From contig JBJMMA010000230.1 in assembly GCA_045805065.1 (NCBI GenBank), positions 1 through 25,574 on the forward strand: 25,574 nt of DNA, in the 5' to 3' direction. Both the position numbers and the translations under genes were made by a program. This DNA is from Bdellovibrionia bacterium (GTDB lineage: Bacteria; Bdellovibrionota; UBA1018). This document shows, in pieces, positions 17,949 through 24,683 of this stretch. The first letter of the stretch is position 1. Each line of letters starts with the position of its first letter. The notes under the pieces are model-generated. The model was not told the DNA's origin. It did no database searches and was given only the letters and a program-made list of their open reading frames with translations.

Positions 17949-18326
17949 TTAGTGAACCTGCCTTAAGGTGAGTCGAATGCGAAAAAGGAGCTGGCCGTCC
18001 TCAGTGGATTCTGAGAGTTCGGCTGGCTCATTTTCGCGAACCAAAACCGATGAGTTTGATACCTTCTGAAGTCCTGTGGAAGTTTTGCGATAAGCTTCCA
18101 CCTGGATTTTCCAGCGGTGATGACCATTGTTTGTCGGCACGAGCTTGATCTCAGTATCCGGTGTTGAGACAATCCCCTCTTGCCCTTCAAGCACTTTCAC
18201 TTTGCCATGAATCGCTTTTCTTGCACCGATGGTCGCATTCATGGAAATCGTATACCACCCAGCCCAAGCCATGCCGGACCAGGTCATGCTGAACATGAGG
18301 AGGCCTACAAAGATTTGTTTTGCCAC
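17949..18326 (-). CDS. Small secreted beta-rich hypothetical protein (125 aa)
   Basis: GTG 18326 gives MAKQIFVGLLMFSMTWSGMAWA, a signal peptide with an AWA cleavage site. The mature part has alternating beta-strand patterns. Confidence 0.7.
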   Translation of the reverse strand: MAKQIFVGLLMFSMTWSGMAWAGWYTISMNATIGARKAIHGKVKVLEGQEGIVSTPDTEIKLVPTNNGHHRWKIQVEAYRKTSTGLQKVSNSSVLVRENEPAELSESTEDGQLLFRIRLTLRQVH

Positions 18327-18332
18327 GCTAAA

Positions 18333-18360
18333 ATTATAGCGGCTCGACTTAAAAAAGCAA
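18333..18360 (-). promoter_or_regulatory. sigma70 promoter, probably producing a leaderless mRNA
   Basis: TTGCTT (18360-18355), 16 nt spacer, perfect TATAAT (18338-18333), then 6 nt and the GTG start. No SD. Confidence 0.65.
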
Positions 18361-18394
18361 ACCGCTCCAATTGAGCTCAAGCCTTAGGCCGAAC

Positions 18395-19678
18395 TCAGCT
18401 CTGCTGAGCTTGATTTGAGCCCTGAATCTCGTGAGGCTGAATCACGGGAAGTGGCTTCCAATCCTTATGCTTCTCTGTGCCGCGAGCAGTTCCAAAGATA
18501 CTGCGGAGCTGACCACAGGCTGCCAGGATGTCGCGTCCGCGCGAGATGCGAACCGTTGCCGTGACACCGCGGTCCAGCAGGTACTTCTGGAATTTGCGAA
18601 CCACGTCGTCCGATGGGCGCTTGTAGACCGAGCCCGAGTGCTCGTTGAAAGGAATCAGATTGAGCTTCGATGGAATTCCGCGCGTGAGCTGAATGATGCG
18701 AGCCGCATCTTGAAGCGTATCGTTGACGTCTTTGAGCATCACGTATTCAAACGTAATCCGGCGATGCGATCCGAGAGGAAATCTGCGGCATGCTGCCAGG
18801 AGCTCTTCCAGATTCCACTTCTTGTTCACAGGCATGACCATGGAGCGCTGCTCATCGGTCGTACCGTTCAGTGAAATCGCAAGCGAGACATCCACACTCT
18901 TTCCAAGCTCATCAATCGCAGGAACAAGTCCACTCGTGCTGACCGTGACTTTGCGCTTGGAAAAGTTGAATCCGTCTTCATCGAGGAAGATCTTACAGGC
19001 TTGAATCACGTTCTTGAGGTTGTGAAGCGGCTCACCCATTCCCATGAAAACAATGTTCGTGAGCGGAGCAAGTCGACGAAGTTCAAAGATCTGCGTGACG
19101 ATTTCGTAAGCTTCCAGGCTTCGATCGAGGCCCTGAACGCCCGTCAGACAGAACTTGCAGCCCATCGCGCAGCCGACCTGGCTTGAGATACAAGCCGTCA
19201 GGCGTTTCCAGTGGACGGAATCGAGCTTCTCTTCGCTCGGACGGCCTGCCGTAGGCTTCACGTCAAACGCGTCTTCTTCCTTCTCGGCCAAAGCCGCAGG
19301 AATGATCACGCTTTCAATTGTCTTTCCGTCATGAAGATCCCAGAGAAATTTGTGGGTCCCATCGAGAGCCTGGCGCGAATGGCGCTCGGTCAGGCGATAG
19401 ATCTGAACGTTTTCTTTAAGAAAAGCTCTGAGCTCTTTGGAGAGATCGCTCATCTCATCCCATTCGGTCACGAAGCGCTGATACACCCAGCGGAAGATCT
19501 GCTGAGCGCGGTACTTAGCCTGCTTTTCCGCCTTCTTCTCAAGCTCAGCTTCAATAGGAGCGCGCTCCTCGGGAGACAGAGTCTCCAGTTGAGCAGCAAC
19601 TGAGCGAGGAACTTTGCGGCTCAGCGGCTTAATCAGCTCCGCGAGCTCTGCTTTGGTAAGGCTTTGAAAATAGACCAT
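18395..19678 (-). CDS. rlmN: 23S rRNA (adenine2503-C2)/tRNA methyltransferase RlmN
   Basis: CISSQVGCAMGCKFC (CxxxCxxC), FMGMGEPLHN, TVSTSG, ITFEYVML, NLIPFN, DILAACGQL. Confidence 0.97.
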   Translation of the reverse strand: MVYFQSLTKAELAELIKPLSRKVPRSVAAQLETLSPEERAPIEAELEKKAEKQAKYRAQQIFRWVYQRFVTEWDEMSDLSKELRAFLKENVQIYRLTERHSRQALDGTHKFLWDLHDGKTIESVIIPAALAEKEEDAFDVKPTAGRPSEEKLDSVHWKRLTACISSQVGCAMGCKFCLTGVQGLDRSLEAYEIVTQIFELRRLAPLTNIVFMGMGEPLHNLKNVIQACKIFLDEDGFNFSKRKVTVSTSGLVPAIDELGKSVDVSLAISLNGTTDEQRSMVMPVNKKWNLEELLAACRRFPLGSHRRITFEYVMLKDVNDTLQDAARIIQLTRGIPSKLNLIPFNEHSGSVYKRPSDDVVRKFQKYLLDRGVTATVRISRGRDILAACGQLRSIFGTARGTEKHKDWKPLPVIQPHEIQGSNQAQQS

Positions 19679-19688
19679 ATAGGTCGGC

Positions 19689-19727
19689 TTTTTACCTATT
19701 TAGTGTTGAAATTTCAAGACTTAAGTC
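19689..19727 (-). promoter_or_regulatory. Putative rlmN promoter overlapped by two abutting palindromes
   Basis: TTGAAA (19717-19712), 17 nt spacer, TAAAAA. Palindromes TTGAAATTTCAA (19706-19717) and GACTTAAGTC (19718-19727). Confidence 0.4.
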
Positions 19728-19887
19728 AGGTAATTTTCCTCAGCTTTTACAAGCACCTATCCAGATCACCTCAATCAGATCTCGTTGAACATGTCGAACC
19801 CTGTGCGGGCTGTAAAACATTTGAGCAGATGAGAGCCAGCTGCACGGTTCAGGCGCCTGTTTATGGGGTTTGAGAGATATTCTCGCC

Positions 19888-19903
19888 TGGCATATCCACT
19901 GCA
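19888..19903 (+). promoter_or_regulatory. sigma54 (RpoN) -24/-12 promoter
   Basis: TGGCATATCCACTGCA (GG-N10-GC), upstream of GAGGAG (19967-19972) and ATG 19981. Confidence 0.6.
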
Positions 19904-19980
19904 CAAGCCGGCCGCAAGGCTCGGATCTCCCCAGACTCCAAAGAGCCAGTTGAATCCTGTTGAGTTGAGGAGTTCAGTTG

Positions 19981-20757
19981 ATGCGTTTTATTAAATTTCT
20001 TTCGGTTGCTTCGTTCAGTCTCGGGTCCGCCACTGCGTTGGCTCAAACCTCCGCTGTTCCACTCAAAAATATTTCAAGTGGAACTCTGATGGCTCTCTCC
20101 GGACTTTCACAGACCCGGCTTCCCGTTCATAAACACATCTCGTGCACTCAAATTTATCAAAGCGGTCATCATGTTTTCACCGATTGCCAGGACTCAGATG
20201 GCAACAGTGAGTATTCCAATAAGCTGGATTACGGCTGGTTGCAAAATCAGCCCGCGTGCGCGATCACGATCGAAGAGCCTGTCGTCCGCATTGAGCGCGA
20301 CGCTGGTCTATTTAAAACCCTGTTTGGAAGCTTTCTTGAGTCCGACATCAAGGTGGCAGCCGGCGAGCTTCTTGAGCTCGATGGCGGATATACCTCTTTA
20401 GGCAAAGACTCGGTCGAGCTTGAGGGCAAAGCCCAGGACGGAAACAAGGTTCACATCAAATGCTTTGATCCCGAAGCAAAGACCTCAGATCTCGACGCCG
20501 ATCTTTCAGGCCTTCTTCAGTTCAAAAGCGTCGTCGTGAAAGTTCACGCAAATGATCTCTCTATTCCTACTGAAAGAGCCGTGGAGTCTTCTGATGATGC
20601 TTCAAGTGAAAGCTCGAGCGAAGCATCCGACGCAGCATCAGATAGTGCAGACTCCTCCGAGCTATCGACGGGGTCTGATGCTCATCCTGCCGATGGCAAA
20701 GCTTCGTATCCTGCGATCGACCCTTCGGACGTCGTCGATTTAGAGCGAAACTCCTGA
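19981..20757 (+). CDS. Secreted hypothetical protein with four Cys and a Ser/Asp/Glu-rich tail (258 aa)
   Basis: GAGGAG SD 8 nt before the ATG, signal peptide ending ALA/Q, acidic low-complexity C-terminus (ESSDDASSESSSEASDAASDS). Confidence 0.8.
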   Translation: MRFIKFLSVASFSLGSATALAQTSAVPLKNISSGTLMALSGLSQTRLPVHKHISCTQIYQSGHHVFTDCQDSDGNSEYSNKLDYGWLQNQPACAITIEEPVVRIERDAGLFKTLFGSFLESDIKVAAGELLELDGGYTSLGKDSVELEGKAQDGNKVHIKCFDPEAKTSDLDADLSGLLQFKSVVVKVHANDLSIPTERAVESSDDASSESSSEASDAASDSADSSELSTGSDAHPADGKASYPAIDPSDVVDLERNS

Positions 20758-20783
20758 ACTCAGCTGAGCCAAGTTTAAAAAAC

Positions 20784-22730
20784 TCAGTTCGTTTCCGCGC
20801 GGCGCTTGCGCCATTCTTCCAGATCTTTCTGAACTTTTGGGTCATCGACCTGAATCGTGGGCTTACCGTTTTTCTCCACAAAGGAGATCGGGATCGTCAA
20901 TTGATGCCGGCGATACTCATCGGCAAATTGCGACGCTTTATCAGGATAGCCGTGTTGCGGAAGTTCTGGTGCCAGCAAATCCACATCCACGCCGTGAGCC
21001 TTGAGCCAGTAGCGCCCGTTCTCGTGTACAACATCAAAAACGTCGTCTTTAAAAGCCTGACCACGTCCCACGCCCCAGCTGAGGCCATACATTTGGGTGA
21101 GATCCCTGGTCATGTCGTGAAAGTCTTTACCATCATCAGTCATGATCGGATCGTAAGGACCGATTGGGCCATCTTTCTTGTTTCGAACCCAAAGGTAGCT
21201 TCCGTACTTAGTTTCTTCGTTCTGATCTGGAATACCGCCGCTGGTGTACTCACCCGCGCTATTGGTGCCGACGTAGTACTCATTCTTTCCAATGCGAACT
21301 GTGCCCGGAGCAAGATTAAAGCCTTCCGTCAAAACTGCAGGCTCTCCTTGTGGGACGTCTTCCGTGATAATTTTTACTGTTCCATCACTCTGCAGGATAC
21401 GCTTTTCAACCGCGTGTCCTTTGGTATTAAAAGCATACCGAACTGTCGCGGGAATCGGAGTCGTTGTTCCAGGAAAATGGTTATGCGTCAGGAAAACCGG
21501 CTCACTCGCGGGCTTCCCATTCGGGAGCAACACACCATCAGGAACTCTTTTTGATGGGTTCTTAGGATCCATTCGGTAGGCTACTGAGCGCGTCTCAGTG
21601 GGAATATAGTAAAAAGATCCGTCGGGTCTCTGAATTTTGGTCTCAGCGGTCACCATGTCGAAAATGCGCCAGGTGTATCCGTCTTTGTCGACCCACATCT
21701 TTCTTGGATCCTTAGGATCAGGCACGAAGTTCTCGCCGTATCCATGGGCGTGAAGCAGTTTGCCTGTCTTCTCGTCGGCCTCGATCCAGCGTCTTTCGAC
21801 CGATGGCTGCATGTTCAAGATACTTCCTTGATCGCGCACGACAAGTTGCGCGCGCTTGCCTTTCGTCGCTGGAATCCACTTTGTGGGTGTATAAATATGT
21901 CGGCTGCGAGTTGGATTGTCCTGCGAGACATGCGGAAGCTCGCGCGCTCCTTCTCCCGAGCCGCGGAAATTCACAGGAAGCTCCATCGAACCCTGAGTCA
22001 CAATGAGCTCGTAACCACCCTTGCCATCTGGCTGATACTCAAATCTTCCGTCCCAGCCACGCGAGCTGTCAGGCGCTGCGTATCCTCCGGTTTGAGTCAC
22101 CCACTTGCCGTCCTTGGTTTGTTGCTCATAAACAATCTCGAAAGCCTTAGGCCTTTTGTTTTTGAGAAGGACTTGCGTGGATGGGTATAAATATGCGTGA
22201 TTGCCCGAGCTCAATTGATAAACGCCAGTAGGCATTCCTTGAGGGCGTGGATCATCTTGCTTGATCTCAAAGGGAGGCGATGGATCCGGAGACTCGTCCC
22301 ATCCCCCTTTCTGATGAGCCTTGCGGCGAGTATTAGTGTTCATCGTGATACGACGAGAAGCAGGCACACGAGGAGAGGTCTCTTCAGCATGTCGCCAGGC
22401 CACTTTATTGGCCATTCGCCAGAGTTTTTCTCTCTCAGAATAACTGAGTTGATCCACCCGTGGCTTCATGTCGAGAACTGCTTTTTTATAAACGCTTTTT
22501 TCGAGGCGATTGATCAGCGCAAGTGCCGTCTCACGGTCTGAAGGAAAAGGAACAGTGCCGAGTAAGGAGCTCTTGCCACGTAAAGTGCTACTAAGCTGAC
22601 CTGTGAGACAACTCGCAACCGGCGCGGCGTACGCGTTCGAAGCAACGAACGGTGCCGGAAAAATAGGTGAATTGAGAAAGACGGAAATCGCAGCAAAACC
22701 CAACACGAATTTTTGGAGACTCGTTCTCAT
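20784..22730 (-). CDS. Secreted protein with a divergent GH43-like (five-bladed beta-propeller) region
   Basis: Long signal peptide ending AYA. C-terminal motif order TEGF..YYVGTNSAGEY..YGSYL..GPIGPY..GVGRGQAFKD..GRYWLKAHG parallels the last blades of GH43. The ORF track starts it at 22745. The CDS is secure; the family call is tentative. Confidence 0.65.
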   Translation of the reverse strand: MRTSLQKFVLGFAAISVFLNSPIFPAPFVASNAYAAPVASCLTGQLSSTLRGKSSLLGTVPFPSDRETALALINRLEKSVYKKAVLDMKPRVDQLSYSEREKLWRMANKVAWRHAEETSPRVPASRRITMNTNTRRKAHQKGGWDESPDPSPPFEIKQDDPRPQGMPTGVYQLSSGNHAYLYPSTQVLLKNKRPKAFEIVYEQQTKDGKWVTQTGGYAAPDSSRGWDGRFEYQPDGKGGYELIVTQGSMELPVNFRGSGEGARELPHVSQDNPTRSRHIYTPTKWIPATKGKRAQLVVRDQGSILNMQPSVERRWIEADEKTGKLLHAHGYGENFVPDPKDPRKMWVDKDGYTWRIFDMVTAETKIQRPDGSFYYIPTETRSVAYRMDPKNPSKRVPDGVLLPNGKPASEPVFLTHNHFPGTTTPIPATVRYAFNTKGHAVEKRILQSDGTVKIITEDVPQGEPAVLTEGFNLAPGTVRIGKNEYYVGTNSAGEYTSGGIPDQNEETKYGSYLWVRNKKDGPIGPYDPIMTDDGKDFHDMTRDLTQMYGLSWGVGRGQAFKDDVFDVVHENGRYWLKAHGVDVDLLAPELPQHGYPDKASQFADEYRRHQLTIPISFVEKNGKPTIQVDDPKVQKDLEEWRKRRAETN

Positions 22731-22815
22731 AAGATAATTATTCAATGAGAAGCGAACGTGTTAAAGCAGCAATTTCAGTCTATTACTTTTTCAACTTAAT
22801 AGATTTACTAGAAGA

Positions 22816-23877
22816 TTACGGACTCGAATTTCCATGGTTCACAGCGGGATAAACACTGACTCCCTCAGGCGTCAGCCAAACGACACTTTCTTCCTTGTGA
22901 CGGCCTACGTTTCGAACCAATTTGAAAAACCTGCCATGGCCGACAATATCAAAACCTGCATCTTGGGCCGAAATTGAAGTCAGTTGAGCCTTGCCCATCG
23001 AAAGCTGATAGACCCGGTCTTGAAGGGCCGGTATGAACTGGTCCCAAAACTTTTCAATATGGGCAAAGGCGGTTCTTGCCGACTCCCCACTGAACCTCGC
23101 CTCTTTCAAAGTCGCTACACCATAAGCTTTTCCATGCGTGAGCGAGATGGCGGCACGATCATATTGAACAGCCTCCATTGCAGCGGCCTCGCCCAGAACT
23201 TTGATGGCTGGAAGCGTGCTCCAGTATTTTTTGGACTCAGCTGGAGTCACTGACGAGAGCTCCGGAGGCAAAGCGGGAGCCGACCTCTTCCTCTTTGCTT
23301 CTCTCGCTACATCTCTCGCACTCTGAGAGGGTTCAGCAGGTTCGTCGAACACATCTCGCGCCCTTCGGGGCTTTGGCTTTGTATCAGCCATTCTATGTTC
23401 AGCAAAGCCCTCTGGCGTCAGCTTCACGTAGCTTTCTACTCTGCCGACTCTTGTTTGACGGACCAGTTTGAAGTAACCGTCGAAGGGAATCATCTCCACC
23501 TTGCCCGCCGAGAGCTCCTTCAGCCGATCCTGGAACATTGGAACAAACTGATCCTGATGAGAAAACACTGCCCTAAAAGTAGCAGCTGCTGACACCCTAT
23601 CTCCGCTTTTGCGATTCTCATTAAGAAATGATCTCACCCCAAAAGACCGGCCGCGCTTGATCAAAGCCAGCGCAGCTTGATCAAAAAGAGAAGGATCGGC
23701 AAGCGGGTCCAGATGCTCCGTCAATGGCTGCCAATAGAGTCGCGCTTCAAGGCATTCCGTCAGTGAGCTTGCAATGCCATCCACAGAGACGAGGCCAAGA
23801 GTCAAGGAGCAGCAGAGGGAGAAGCAGAAAGACCACCGAGCAAAATGCCGGCGCATCCCCATCCCCCGCATCATCAA
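22816..23877 (-). CDS. Secreted hypothetical protein with an internal duplication of a ~95-aa domain
   Basis: ATGA overlap with the upstream gene, a signal-like N-terminus, and two alignable copies each ending FKLVR......ES.V.LTPEG. Confidence 0.8.
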   Translation of the reverse strand: MMMRGMGMRRHFARWSFCFSLCCSLTLGLVSVDGIASSLTECLEARLYWQPLTEHLDPLADPSLFDQAALALIKRGRSFGVRSFLNENRKSGDRVSAAATFRAVFSHQDQFVPMFQDRLKELSAGKVEMIPFDGYFKLVRQTRVGRVESYVKLTPEGFAEHRMADTKPKPRRARDVFDEPAEPSQSARDVAREAKRKRSAPALPPELSSVTPAESKKYWSTLPAIKVLGEAAAMEAVQYDRAAISLTHGKAYGVATLKEARFSGESARTAFAHIEKFWDQFIPALQDRVYQLSMGKAQLTSISAQDAGFDIVGHGRFFKLVRNVGRHKEESVVWLTPEGVSVYPAVNHGNSSP

Positions 23878-24683
23878 ACTCCTAAGAAAGCCTTCGCTGC
23901 GCCCATGGCTGCGATCTGCCAGCGGAAAGGAACCATTTTCACGCGGTTCTCCTTCACGGCAAATGCAAGCTTCTTCCAGGCCTCGTTCTCATGGCCTGGG
24001 ACGTATTGAGATTCAGACCACTCAGCCCAATCTTCAGCCGGAATGAAGAGGCCTTGAACCGGAACGCGATGTTTTTCCGAGAGGTATTGAACAACGGACT
24101 GAGGTTTTTTCATGCGCTCAGCGCCTAAAAACGTCAGGTCCGGAATATGAAAAAGCTCCAAACGCCCGCGGCGAACCAAAAGGAAAATATCCTTTTGAGC
24201 CGCATTATAGGCAGCGTTTTGATTTTCCAGACGAATGAAAATTCCGTAAGCCGTCGGAAGAACCTTGGACCACCAGCCGCGGATCGCCTCGAGCAGGAAA
24301 TGCCGGCGCGCCACTGGGCGGACTTTCTTGACTTTGCCTTGCGAGGAGATCGCCTCAGGAACGGATTGATTTCTGAGAAACTCCATCTGATCGTAAAAAT
24401 GAGGAAGCTGCAGGCAGCCACTCATCCATTGATCGACTTCCTTGCGCGTAAAGAGCACAAGCTCCCGGTGCGGGATCTGAGCTGCGACATCCTGAACATT
24501 GAGTCCTGTCCAGGAGCGAGTGTCCTCGCCTTCCGCGCCATTCGCCGAAATCACCGTGGTTCCATCAACGACCAGGAAAACCATCGACGACGAATCCGCG
24601 TAATCCGTAGCGCCACGTGCTGCATTTCTGCGACGTGGATGAAAGATGGACTGAAAACCGCGCCAGTCGTGATTTAGTTCCAT
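23874..24683 (-). CDS. Hypothetical protein (269 aa)
   Basis: Overlaps both neighbours (10 nt and 4 nt), consistent with translational coupling. Globular composition, no motif recognised. Confidence 0.8.
   Translation of the reverse strand: MELNHDWRGFQSIFHPRRRNAARGATDYADSSSMVFLVVDGTTVISANGAEGEDTRSWTGLNVQDVAAQIPHRELVLFTRKEVDQWMSGCLQLPHFYDQMEFLRNQSVPEAISSQGKVKKVRPVARRHFLLEAIRGWWSKVLPTAYGIFIRLENQNAAYNAAQKDIFLLVRRGRLELFHIPDLTFLGAERMKKPQSVVQYLSEKHRVPVQGLFIPAEDWAEWSESQYVPGHENEAWKKLAFAVKENRVKMVPFRWQIAAMGAAKAFLGV

Noticed and set aside
18395..19678. Possible Cfr resistance methyltransferase
   Set aside because: The MGMGEPLHN motif and chromosomal housekeeping context fit RlmN; no mobile context.
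18391..20765. 10-bp direct repeat GAACTCAGCT at 18391 and 20756 as a possible target-site duplication
   Set aside because: Many 10-mer matches are expected by chance in 25 kb. It would bracket the housekeeping gene rlmN, and no recombinase is nearby.
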